Below, piece after piece: positions 28,426 to 37,329 of a stretch of 64,000 nucleotides of DNA (positions are counted from its first letter, which is position 1; the number at the start of each line of letters is the position of its first letter). The DNA comes from Candidatus Eiseniibacteriota bacterium. Lineage in GTDB: Bacteria > Eisenbacteria > RBG-16-71-46 > CAIMUX01 > VGJL01. The DNA lies in contig JBHGAY010000013.1 in the NCBI GenBank assembly GCA_041946735.1, forward strand, positions 32,001 to 96,000, read 5' to 3'. The notes under the pieces were generated by a model that saw nothing but the letters and a program-made list of their open reading frames with translations, was not told the DNA's origin and did no database searches. The translations under genes were made by a program, and so were the position numbers.

Positions 28426-29355
28426 CTACCGCCGCATGAGCTCGAGCGGTGGGCGCCGCACGAGCCGGAGCGAAGCCGCCAGCCCCGAGACGATTCCGAT
28501 CCCGATCGAGATCGCGACCGCGAGCCCGACGATCCCCGGGGTCACCCTGCTGAACACGAGCGTCGTCCGGTAGAACGCCTGGTAGTAGGCGTTCACCCCT
28601 GCGGACAGAAGAAGCCCGAGCCCGATCGACACGGCCGCGCCGGCGAGCGTGAGGATCAGCGCCTCCAGGCACAGGCTCGCGAGGATCGTGCGCCTTCGGA
28701 TCCCGATCAGGCGGAGCACGCCCGCCTCGCGTCGCATCTCCTCGACCTTCAGCAGCAGGATCGCGAGAACGAAGACGCCGCTCCCGACGATCGTGATCCA
28801 GCTGATCGCCTCGTGGAAGCGGCGGATCACGACGAACGACCGGCTCGCGCGCGAGGTCAGCTCCTCGGCGGTGTACGCCTCGAATCCGTAAGCCATCTCG
28901 TCGATCTGCGCCGCGAACGCCTTCGCGTTCGCGCTCGACGGATCGCGCAGCGCGATCGAGATCCGGTCGACCGCGCCGTCGAGCCGAGCCACACGCTCGA
29001 GATCGGGGAGCTGCAGCCGCACGTAGTCGTTGCGCTCTCCGATCTCTGCCGGCTCGGCCGGCTCGTCGAAGATGCCGGCGACGACGAACCGTTCCGGATC
29101 GGGATCGTCCGCGCGGATCGAGACGGTCAGCGTGTCGCCGGCCGCGAGGTGCAGCCGCTCGGCGAGGCGCTTGCCGACGCGCACCGGAGGAAGCTCGGCC
29201 CCGCCGTCCCGACCGGGCGCTTCGCCCGCCGCCAGCGACGCCGCCAACACTGCGGCAACCGCGAGCGCGACCGCACCGAGGGCGAGCAGCGGCGAGCGCA
29301 GCGGCCTAGGCAGCGGCAGAACTGAGGCGGGCGGCCGGCAAGCGCGCGAAGCCAA
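28426..29355 (-). CDS. N-terminally truncated FtsX-type ABC permease (hydrophobic leader, second half of periplasmic domain, FtsX TMs)
   Basis: VGKRLAERLHLAAGDTL..FVVAGIF follows the leader directly; REAGVLRLIGI..LEALIL; start codon uncertain (TTG 29355). Confidence 0.8.
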   Translation of the reverse strand: MASRACRPPASVLPLPRPLRSPLLALGAVALAVAAVLAASLAAGEAPGRDGGAELPPVRVGKRLAERLHLAAGDTLTVSIRADDPDPERFVVAGIFDEPAEPAEIGERNDYVRLQLPDLERVARLDGAVDRISIALRDPSSANAKAFAAQIDEMAYGFEAYTAEELTSRASRSFVVIRRFHEAISWITIVGSGVFVLAILLLKVEEMRREAGVLRLIGIRRRTILASLCLEALILTLAGAAVSIGLGLLLSAGVNAYYQAFYRTTLVFSRVTPGIVGLAVAISIGIGIVSGLAASLRLVRRPPLELMRR

Positions 29356-29369
29356 GGCGAGCCGGCTCC

Positions 29370-30464
29370 TCAGCGGACCTTCCTGCGGCGGTGGTTCAGG
29401 AAGTCGAGCATCAGGTAGCTCCCCAGGCGGTCGACCGAGGTGAAGTAGGCTCGTCCCCGGTTCTTCTCCGTGAGCTGCTCCACGAACTTCTGCAGGAAGG
29501 GATCGTCGGTGACCATGAACGTGGTGATCGGGATCTTCCGCCTCCGGCACAGCACCGCCTCGTCGAGCGTGCGGGCGACGATGATCGGATCGAGGCCGAA
29601 GACGTTGCGATAGAGCCGGCCGTCGCTCGTGCGGATTACCGTCGGCTTGCCGTCGGTGATGAGGAAGATCTGCTTGTTCGCCTGATGCCGCCGTTCGAGG
29701 ATCCGCCGCGCGAAGCGGATCCCCTCCTGCGTGTTCGTGTGGTAGGGCCCCGCGCCGACGTAGGGCAGGTCCTTCACCTCGATCCGCTTCGCCTCGTCCC
29801 CGAAGAGGACGATGTCGAGAGCGTCCTTGCGGTAGCGGGTGAGGATCAGCTCGGAGAGCGCGAGCGCGACCTGCTTGGCCGGCGTGATCCGGTCTTCCCC
29901 GTAGAGGATCATCGAATGGGAAACGTCGATCAGGATGACGGTGGCCGACGAGGTCGTCGCCTCCGTCTCGGCGACGCTCAGGTCCTCCTCGATCGGCAGC
30001 GTCTCGGCGCCGTGCGTGCGCCGCACCGCGTTGGCGATCGAGTCGGGAAAGTCGATCACCCCGAGGTCATCCCCGAACTCGTACGGGCGCCGCTCCGGCA
30101 GCGGCTCGCGACCGCCGATCCCCTCGTGCGGCGTCGGATGCTCCCCGAGCCCTTCGGCGCGCAGGTTGCCGAAGATCAGCTCGAGCGACGAGGCGCGGAT
30201 CGAGCGCTCCCCCTTCGCCGTCAGGACCCGCCCTTTCGGAGTCCGCTCGACGTAGCGCTCCTCCTCGAGCTTCCTCTCGAACTCGTCCAGATCCCACTCG
30301 CCCGGCAAGTATCCCTGCGCCTGCATCGAGCGGAGGAAGTCGAGCGCCTCGTCGACGTCGCCGTTCGTCCGCAGGACGAGCTGCTGGAAGAGCGACAGAA
30401 GGTCCTGGAAGCGCGAGAGCGCCTCGAGCAGCTCCGGATCCCATCCCTGGAAGCGGTATCGCAT
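29370..30464 (-). CDS. VWA domain protein (partner of the chelatase-like AAA ATPase)
   Basis: MIDAS motifs IDVSHSM, TNT and LITDG. Confidence 0.88.
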   Translation of the reverse strand: MRYRFQGWDPELLEALSRFQDLLSLFQQLVLRTNGDVDEALDFLRSMQAQGYLPGEWDLDEFERKLEEERYVERTPKGRVLTAKGERSIRASSLELIFGNLRAEGLGEHPTPHEGIGGREPLPERRPYEFGDDLGVIDFPDSIANAVRRTHGAETLPIEEDLSVAETEATTSSATVILIDVSHSMILYGEDRITPAKQVALALSELILTRYRKDALDIVLFGDEAKRIEVKDLPYVGAGPYHTNTQEGIRFARRILERRHQANKQIFLITDGKPTVIRTSDGRLYRNVFGLDPIIVARTLDEAVLCRRRKIPITTFMVTDDPFLQKFVEQLTEKNRGRAYFTSVDRLGSYLMLDFLNHRRRKVR

Positions 30465-30512
30465 CGTTGTCGCTCCGCCTGCCGGTCCCCGCCGCCGCCC
30501 GCGGCGGCGCGC

Positions 30513-32051
30513 CTAGCGGCTCTCCTCCTTGAACATGCTCGCCAGCATGTCGGTGAAGCGGAGGCCTCCGCCGTCGAGCGCCTGCCGCGCGATCAGGCTC
30601 GCCTGGTGCAGCGCCTCGAGCACCCACTCCATCGCGAGCGCACGCTCCGCGGCGAGCAGCTTGCCGAGGTGACGCTCCACGAGGGAGCCCAGCCCGGGCA
30701 CGCGCTCGAGCGCCGCGACGTAGGCGGCGAACGGCATATCGTCGGACAGCTCGACCTTGCCGCCCGCCGAGAAGAAGTCGAGCACCTCCCGATACGCGGT
30801 CGGGACGGACCGGCCCGCGGACGCGCCCGCGGTCTCCTCCTCGTCCTCCTCGATCGCGGCCCGCCGGCGCCGCCGCTCCTTCGCGGCGTACGGAGCCGGG
30901 AAGTAGCGGCCGAAGGTCTTCGCGAGCGCGCGCCCGATCAGCTTGTGCGCGACGATCACCGGCCCTTCGCGCTCCCCTTCGTAGACGAGCTCGATCCTGC
31001 CCGTCACCGCGGGCACGACCGACGCGAGGTCGGCCATCCGCGGAGCGAGCGGCTCGCCGGGACGGCGCAGCGCCCGCCGCTCGATCGACGACAGAAGCAG
31101 CTCGCGCGCGCGGATCGGAAGCCTCTGGCTCACTCCGGAGGATGGATCCACGTGGTCGCTGCCGCGCGCCTCGAACGCGATCTCCTCGAGGATCTCCTCG
31201 AGGAAGCGCGGCATGGCGATCTCCGCCCCGCGCTCCGTCCAGGCCTCCTGGCGCGTGATCGCGATCGCGTCGTCGATCGTCTTCGGGTAGTGCGTCAGGA
31301 TCTGGCTGTCGATCCGGTCCTTGAGCGGCGTGATGATGTTGCCACGATTCGTGTAGTCCTCCGGGTTCGCCGTGAACGTGAGGAGGAGGTCGAGCGGGAT
31401 CCGCACCGGGAAGCCGCGGATCTGAATGTCTTTCTCCTCCATGATGTTCAGGAGCCCCACCTGGATGCGCGGCTGCAGGTCGGGCAGCTCGTTCAGCGCG
31501 AAGATCCCGCGGTTCGTGCGCGGGATGATCCCGTAATGGATCACCTCCTCGCTGGAGAAGTCGAGCTTCTCGCGCGCCGCCTTGATCGGATCGATGTCGC
31601 CGATCAGGTCGGCGATGGTCACGTCGGGCGTCGCGAGCTTCTCGTGGTAGCGCTCTTCCGGCGCGAGCCACGCGACCGGCAGCCTCTCCCCCATCTCCTC
31701 GAGGCGGCGGCGGCACGTCGCGCAGGTCGGATGGTACGGATCGTCATGGATCGGGCAGCCGGCCACGTAGGGCAGCTCCGGGTCGAGGAGCCCGAGCAGG
31801 TTGCGGACGATCCGCGTCTTCGCCTGGCCGCGCAGTCCCAGCAGGATGAAGTCATGCTGCGAGAGGATCGCCTGCTCGAGCTGGGGCAGCACGCTCTCCT
31901 CGTAGCCGATGATCCCGCGCAGCCAGCTCGCGCCGCTCGCGAGCCGGTCGCGCAGGTTCTCGCGCAGTTCCTCCTTCACGGACCGCGATCGCCATCCGCT
32001 CTCGCGAAGCTCTTCGAGCGTCTCGGGCCTCTTCTTCCTCGTCTGGCTCAT
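30513..32051 (-). CDS. magnesium-chelatase-like AAA+ ATPase
   Basis: GLRGQAKT, HEKLATPD, FALNELPDL, FTANPEDYTNRG; ATGA overlap with the MBL gene. Confidence 0.88.
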   Translation of the reverse strand: MSQTRKKRPETLEELRESGWRSRSVKEELRENLRDRLASGASWLRGIIGYEESVLPQLEQAILSQHDFILLGLRGQAKTRIVRNLLGLLDPELPYVAGCPIHDDPYHPTCATCRRRLEEMGERLPVAWLAPEERYHEKLATPDVTIADLIGDIDPIKAAREKLDFSSEEVIHYGIIPRTNRGIFALNELPDLQPRIQVGLLNIMEEKDIQIRGFPVRIPLDLLLTFTANPEDYTNRGNIITPLKDRIDSQILTHYPKTIDDAIAITRQEAWTERGAEIAMPRFLEEILEEIAFEARGSDHVDPSSGVSQRLPIRARELLLSSIERRALRRPGEPLAPRMADLASVVPAVTGRIELVYEGEREGPVIVAHKLIGRALAKTFGRYFPAPYAAKERRRRRAAIEEDEEETAGASAGRSVPTAYREVLDFFSAGGKVELSDDMPFAAYVAALERVPGLGSLVERHLGKLLAAERALAMEWVLEALHQASLIARQALDGGGLRFTDMLASMFKEESR

Positions 32052-33043
32052 CGAGTCCCTTTCGGTTGCGGCGCCCGGATCTCCGCCGGGCGGCCATCCT
32101 CCTGGTCGTGGTCGCCGTGCTCGATTCCTCTGCCGGTCCGCGGCGCCTCTCCGGCGCCTGACGCGGCGCTCGAACGGATCGCCTGGCGCACGATCGGCCG
32201 CTCCGGGGTCCCGCCCAGGCGCACCGCGGCGTACCTCGGGTCGTGATAGAGGAAGATCCACGCGTCCTCGCGCAGCGCTTCCTCCACGACGGCGCGGCGC
32301 TCGGCTTCCAGCCGTGCCGGATCCTCGTCGTACTCCCCGGATCCCGGAAGCCTCAGGTGCGACAGCGTCGGCAGCAGGTCGGACGGAAAGAGGACGACCC
32401 TTCCTTCCTGCCTCACGCGGATCCCCAGCAAGCCCGCCGCGTGGCCGTCGCTCTGCCACGCCTCGATTCCCGGCGCGATCTCGCCCGGCCCGTCGAGCAC
32501 CTGCAGCCGCGGCCCTGCCCGCTCCAGCGCTTCGAGATCGCCGAGCCGGTAGCCGTCCCGCCCCGCCTTGCCGCGCGCGCGCTCCAGGTTCGCGCGGGAG
32601 ACGACGATCGGCACCCCGGACAGCCCGGCCGCGCCGCCCGCATGGTCGCCGTGGAGGTGCGTCAGGACGAGCCGCGCGACCGAATCCGGGGCAATCCCGG
32701 CCCACGCGAGCGCCTCCGGGAGGGACGACGCCTCCTCGATCCCCCACGCTTCGCGCTCAGCCGCGCCGGAAGCGGTCCCCGGGCCGGCATCAACGACGAT
32801 CGCGCCAGCGCCGGCGGCCTCCCCGTCACGGATCACCGCCACGCGGGCGACCGTCGGCGTCCGGCCGGCCCGGTCGATCCCGCCAGCCTCGCCGCCAGCC
32901 GGCCCAGCCTCGCCGCCAGCCGGCCCGGCCTCGCCGCCGGCCGGCCCGGCCACGCCGCCCCGGCCTGCCCAGCCGCCCTGGGCGCGCATGCGGAATCTCG
33001 CCGCGACGGCCCAGCGGATCTCGTAGCTGCCGGCTTTCAGCAT
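32048..33043 (-). CDS. MBL-fold metallo-hydrolase
   Basis: VVDAG, THLHGDHAGG, GH, SDL and HDP motifs. Confidence 0.8.
   Translation of the reverse strand: MLKAGSYEIRWAVAARFRMRAQGGWAGRGGVAGPAGGEAGPAGGEAGPAGGEAGGIDRAGRTPTVARVAVIRDGEAAGAGAIVVDAGPGTASGAAEREAWGIEEASSLPEALAWAGIAPDSVARLVLTHLHGDHAGGAAGLSGVPIVVSRANLERARGKAGRDGYRLGDLEALERAGPRLQVLDGPGEIAPGIEAWQSDGHAAGLLGIRVRQEGRVVLFPSDLLPTLSHLRLPGSGEYDEDPARLEAERRAVVEEALREDAWIFLYHDPRYAAVRLGGTPERPIVRQAIRSSAASGAGEAPRTGRGIEHGDHDQEDGRPAEIRAPQPKGTR
32886..32960. repeat. 21-bp coding tandem repeat x3.5 (GPAGGEA)
   Basis: gcctcgccgcc(a/g)gccggccc(a/g) repeated. Confidence 0.8.
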
Positions 33044-33132
33044 CCTTCCCTCATGTGAAACCCCTCAGTGTAGCCGCCGACCGCCCCGCTCCCAACCGAT
33101 ACCACGCCACCGATCTGATGACCGGCTGGGGT

Positions 33133-33162
33133 TTGACCCGGCCGGCGTCCGTCTCCTAACCT
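33133..33162 (+). promoter_or_regulatory. putative sigma70 promoter of the DUF1573-rhodanese-MauE operon
   Basis: TTGACC, 18 bp spacer, TAACCT. Confidence 0.5.
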
Positions 33163-33224
33163 GGGACGTGCCTTGCGCCGAGCCATCCGCCATCGAAACG
33201 GCACGAGCCGGGAGGAAAAGGAAG

Positions 33225-34298
33225 GTGCACCACACGACGCCGACGCGCCGATCCGCCGGAGGGCCTGCGCGGATCTCCATCCCTGCGGCGATCGCCCTGG
33301 TGGTCGCGCTCGCGACCACCCTGCTCGCCGCGATGCCGTTCGCCGGACCGCCACAGGGCGCGGCCGCCTTCGCTGCGAAAGGCCCCATGGTCCATGTCTC
33401 CGAGCGGAACATCGACTTCGGCAACGTGGAGCAGTTCCAGCAGCTCGAGAAGGTGATCCGGATCAGCAACATCGGGGACGCGCCGCTCCTCCTGCTGAAG
33501 ATCGACACCGATTGCGGATGCACGACCGGCATCCCCGCCGATTCGGTGATCGCGCCCGGCCGGTCGACGCCGCTGCGGATCAGCTTCGCGACGCGCGAGT
33601 CGAAAGGGATCACCGAGAAGAAGGTGACGATCCTCACCAACGACCCGGCCGAGTCGAAGGTGACGATCTCGCTCGTCGCCGACATCCGGCCCCTGGTCGA
33701 GATGACGCCCGAGCGCGTGCGCTTCGAGCCGCTTCGCGCCGGAGAGACCGCGACGCAGACCGTCCGGCTGCGGGCGGAGAAGGGCTTCGGCCTGAAGGTC
33801 ACCGGGATCGACGCGAGCGAGCGCTTCCTCCACGTGACGTCGCGCGCGGTGCCGAGCGCGGACGCCGAGGTGATCGAGATCGTCGTCCAGGTCAAGCCGG
33901 ACGCGCCGGCCGGACCGTTCCGCGACGACGTCGAGGTGCACACGCTCGGCAAGAAAGGCGGGACGATCGCGATCCCGGTCAGCGGGTCGATCGTCAGCTA
34001 CTTCGTCGTGCCGGGCGACGGACGAATCGTCCTCCCTTCGGTTCCGCCCGGCAAAACGGCGCAGCAGAGCCTGCTGATCAAGTCGGACGGATCGAAGCCC
34101 TACCGTCTCACCGCGATCGACACCGGCATGCCCTGGTTGCGCGGCGAGATCCAGCCGAAGGGCACCGACTGGGTGCTCACGATCTCCGTCGCCCCCGGCG
34201 CCCCGGCGGGCGCGTTCCGCTCGGTCGCGAAGCTCTCGACGTCCGATCCCGCGCAGCCGCAGATCGAGTTCCTCGTGCAAGGCGTCGTGCGAGGCTAG
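33225..34298 (+). CDS. DUF1573 / Ig-like multidomain exported protein
   Basis: IDFGNV..NIGDAPL..TDCGCT..IAPG pattern; signal peptide; GGAGG SD before GTG 33225. Confidence 0.82.
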   Translation: MHHTTPTRRSAGGPARISIPAAIALVVALATTLLAAMPFAGPPQGAAAFAAKGPMVHVSERNIDFGNVEQFQQLEKVIRISNIGDAPLLLLKIDTDCGCTTGIPADSVIAPGRSTPLRISFATRESKGITEKKVTILTNDPAESKVTISLVADIRPLVEMTPERVRFEPLRAGETATQTVRLRAEKGFGLKVTGIDASERFLHVTSRAVPSADAEVIEIVVQVKPDAPAGPFRDDVEVHTLGKKGGTIAIPVSGSIVSYFVVPGDGRIVLPSVPPGKTAQQSLLIKSDGSKPYRLTAIDTGMPWLRGEIQPKGTDWVLTISVAPGAPAGAFRSVAKLSTSDPAQPQIEFLVQGVVRG

Positions 34299-34304
34299 CG
34301 CGAG

Positions 34305-34922
34305 GTGGCCCGCCGCGTCCTGATCGAGGTCCTCCTCCTCGCCGTCGCCGCGGCCGCGATCGGCCTCGCCGCCAATGCCATCCGCCGGGACTCGATCCCG
34401 TCGCGCCTCCCCGAGGCGTTCTACCGCCTCGAGTCAGGCGCCAAGCCGCTGATGGTCGAAGGGGCCAAGCGGCTCTACGACCGCGGCGGCGTCTTCTTCG
34501 TCGACGCTCGGCCGGCCGACGAGTACGAGCGGATGCAGATCGAGGGAGCGTTGAACGTCCCGTTCGAGAGCTGGTCGGCGAGGATCGGCGAGCTGGAGGG
34601 ATGGCTCGGCGATCAGGACGTCGTCGTCTATTCCGATCCGGAGAGGATCACGAACGCCGATGACCTCGCCGCGGTGCTGCGCAAGCGAGGATACCCGGGC
34701 GCCCTGTTCGTCTACATCGAGGGGATCGACGCGTGGCGGGAGGCGGGCTTGCCGCTCACGACCGGTCCGGACCCGGTCTTCGGCTCTTCGAACGGCGACG
34801 AAGGCAACGAAGGCGACGAAGAGGACGATTGGCCGCCGCGCGAATCCCACGCCCCCGCGCAACCCGACTCGCTGCCCGCGGCAGCCGGCGACACCGGCGC
34901 GGAGAGCGAGGAGTCCCGATGA
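34305..34922 (+). CDS. membrane-anchored rhodanese-like protein (Ser at the expected catalytic Cys)
   Basis: FVDARPADEY..IEGALNVP, VVVYSD, GIDAW..AGLP. Confidence 0.8.
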   Translation: MARRVLIEVLLLAVAAAAIGLAANAIRRDSIPSRLPEAFYRLESGAKPLMVEGAKRLYDRGGVFFVDARPADEYERMQIEGALNVPFESWSARIGELEGWLGDQDVVVYSDPERITNADDLAAVLRKRGYPGALFVYIEGIDAWREAGLPLTTGPDPVFGSSNGDEGNEGDEEDDWPPRESHAPAQPDSLPAAAGDTGAESEESR

Positions 34923-35398
34923 GCCGGGCCAGCCTCTCCACCTGGATCGCCTGGATCCTCCGTCTCGGGCTCGCCGGCGTCTATCTCTTCGCCGCCATCC
35001 CGAAGATCGCCGACCCGTGGTCGTTCAGCCGCGCGATCTTCAACTTCCGGATCCTGCCGCAGTCGCTCGTTCCGGCCGTCGCCCTGTGGCTTCCGCCGCT
35101 CGAGCTGCTCGCCGCGCTCGCCATCCTGATCGGGATCTTCCGCCGCGGCGGCCTGGCCTGGCTGACGGCGCTCTCCGCCGCCTTCGCGATCGCCATCGTC
35201 TCCGCGATGGCGCGCGGGCTCGACATCGATTGCGGCTGCTTCGGCGCCGCGGCCTCCTCGCGGGCGAGCTGGTCGCACCTCGCGCTGAACGTCTCTACGC
35301 TGGGAGCGGGAGCGTTCCTTCTCGCGCGCGACGGGCGACCTTCTCGAAGGCAGCGGCGGCCGTTCGCATCTCCTCGTCGCCGGCGTCGAGGTGCGTGA
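34919..35398 (+). CDS. MauE/DoxX family membrane protein
   Basis: RLGLAGVYLFAAIPKI, LPPLEL, RGLDIDCGCFG; ATGA overlap. Confidence 0.85.
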   Translation: MSRASLSTWIAWILRLGLAGVYLFAAIPKIADPWSFSRAIFNFRILPQSLVPAVALWLPPLELLAALAILIGIFRRGGLAWLTALSAAFAIAIVSAMARGLDIDCGCFGAAASSRASWSHLALNVSTLGAGAFLLARDGRPSRRQRRPFASPRRRRRGA

Positions 35399-36353
35399 CG
35401 ATCCGTAGCGCTCCGGGGCCGAACGGGACGATCCGCACCCCTTCCTCGGCGAGCGCGGCGCACCATCCCTCCGGAGTCCCCGCCCGCACGCCGGCGATCA
35501 CGATGTTCGTCTCCACCTGATCGAGGTCGACCGACAGCTCGGGAAACTCGCGCAGCCGCTCCGCCAGCACGCGGGCTCGCCGGTGGTCGTCGGCGAGACG
35601 CGCCCGGTTGTGCTCGATCGCGTAGAGTCCCGCCGCCGCGAGAATGCCCGCCTGCCGCATCCCGCCGCCCAGCCGCTTGCGGATGTGGCGGGCGCGATCG
35701 ACGAGCGGCGCGCTCGCGGCCAGGATCGAACCGACCGGAGCTCCGAGGCCCTTCGACACGCAGACCGAGACGGAGTCGGCGAGCGCCGCGTAGCGACGCT
35801 CGGGAATCCCGCTCGCGACCGACGCGTTCCAGATCCGCGCGCCGTCGAGATGGATCGCGAGAGCCGCCTCGCGCGCGGCGGCCGCCGTCGCCTCCATCCC
35901 CTCCAGCGGCAGGACCCTCCCCCCGGCGCGGTTGTGGGTGTTCTCCATGACGAGAAGCGTCGAGGGGGGATAGTGGACGTTCTTCGGCCGAAGCGCGGCG
36001 CGAAGCGTCTCGGCCTCGACGAGGCCATGGCGGCCGGGCAGGGGCTTCAGCTGCACCCCGCTGATCACCGCCGGCCCTCCCCCTTCGTAGAGGACGACAT
36101 GGCTCGTCGCCTCGAGCAGCACCTCGTCCCCCGGCCTCGTGTGGAGCGCGACGCCGATCTGATTCCCCATCGTCCCGCTCGGGACGAAGAGCGCCGCCTC
36201 CTTGCCCAGGATCTCCGCTACCCGGGCCTCGAGCGCCTGGACGGTCGGGTCGTCGCCGAAGACGTCGTCCCCGACCTCCGCCTCCGCGATCGCTCGCCGC
36301 ATCCCGGGCGAAGGCCGCGTCACGGTGTCGCTTCTCAGATCGACCATGGCCAT
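35295..36353 (-). CDS. ltaE: low-specificity L-threonine aldolase
   Basis: [47 protein letters not shown]. Confidence 0.93.
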   Translation of the reverse strand: MAMVDLRSDTVTRPSPGMRRAIAEAEVGDDVFGDDPTVQALEARVAEILGKEAALFVPSGTMGNQIGVALHTRPGDEVLLEATSHVVLYEGGGPAVISGVQLKPLPGRHGLVEAETLRAALRPKNVHYPPSTLLVMENTHNRAGGRVLPLEGMEATAAAAREAALAIHLDGARIWNASVASGIPERRYAALADSVSVCVSKGLGAPVGSILAASAPLVDRARHIRKRLGGGMRQAGILAAAGLYAIEHNRARLADDHRRARVLAERLREFPELSVDLDQVETNIVIAGVRAGTPEGWCAALAEEGVRIVPFGPGALRIVTHLDAGDEEMRTAAAAFEKVARRAREGTLPLPA

Positions 36354-36358
36354 CGAGA

Positions 36359-36428
36359 CCCTCCTCTTCCCCTTTCTTCCCCTCTCTTCTCTCTTCCTAC
36401 TCTCTTCCCTCTTCTCTCTTCTCTCTTC
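36359..36428. repeat. 70-nt polypyrimidine/polypurine tract upstream of ltaE
   Basis: Only C and T on the plus strand except one A at 36399. Confidence 0.85.
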
Positions 36429-36440
36429 GACGCCGCGGCG

Positions 36441-37304
36441 TCAGGCGCTTTCGCCCGGCGCGTCGTAGAGCTGGCGCACCTTCTCGCGGAACAGGCGCGT
36501 CCATTCCCCTTCGCGGCCCGATCCGACCGGCCGCCCGTTGTAGCGCGTCACGGCGATCGCCTCCCACGACGTCGAGGTCAGGAAGATCTCCGTCGCGCGC
36601 TCCAGCTCCTCCGGCGGCGCCTCCACCTCTTCGACCCCGATCGAAAGCTCGCGCGCGATCGCCACGATCTTCTTGCGCGTGATTCCGGGGAGGATCCCGA
36701 CGCGGAGCGCCGGCGTGTGGAGCGCGCCGCCCGCCGTCCGCCAGAACAGGTTGCTGTGCGCCCCCTCGGCGAGCCATCCCTCCGGATTGAGGAAGATCCC
36801 TTCCTGCGCCCCCGCGTGCAGCGCTTCCCGCCTCGCCAGGACGCTGTTGAGCAGATTGCTCGACTTGATCTCCGGATTGAGGCAACGCACGCCATGCCTC
36901 GATACGGAGACGAGGATGGCGGCGATCCCCTGCTCGTAGCGCTCCGGCGGGACGCCGCGGAACGGCTCCGCCAGCACCACCCAGGTCGGAACGAAGCCAT
37001 CGAGCTGCTCGGGCCCACCGGCGCCGCGCGTCAGGACGATCCGCATGCGCGCCTCGTCCAGACCGTTGCGGCGCGAAAGCTCCTTCAGGATCCCGAGAAG
37101 ATCGTCCGCGGTGCGATCGAGCGGGATCTCCAGCAACGAGGCGGAGCGCGCCAGGCGCTCGAAGTGATCGCGCCAGAACAGCACGCGGCCCGCCCGGCTG
37201 CGCAGCGTCTCGTAGACGGAGTCGCCGTACAAAAACCCTCGGTCGAGCACCGGGATCGTCGCCTCGGCATCGGGAACGAAGGAATCGCGAATGTAGAAGA
37301 TCAT
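36441..37304 (-). CDS. aminotransferase class IV (IlvE/D-amino acid aminotransferase/PabC family)
   Basis: [36 protein letters not shown]. Confidence 0.9.
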   Translation of the reverse strand: MIFYIRDSFVPDAEATIPVLDRGFLYGDSVYETLRSRAGRVLFWRDHFERLARSASLLEIPLDRTADDLLGILKELSRRNGLDEARMRIVLTRGAGGPEQLDGFVPTWVVLAEPFRGVPPERYEQGIAAILVSVSRHGVRCLNPEIKSSNLLNSVLARREALHAGAQEGIFLNPEGWLAEGAHSNLFWRTAGGALHTPALRVGILPGITRKKIVAIARELSIGVEEVEAPPEELERATEIFLTSTSWEAIAVTRYNGRPVGSGREGEWTRLFREKVRQLYDAPGESA

Positions 37305-37329
37305 GGCTCCCCCGGACCGCCGGCGTCGG

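Noticed and set aside
30513..32051. Photosynthetic Mg-chelatase (bchI/bchD) or sigma54 activator
   Set aside because: No bchH or other tetrapyrrole genes nearby, and no GAFTGA or HTH. It fits the generic chelatase-like AAA/VWA pair.
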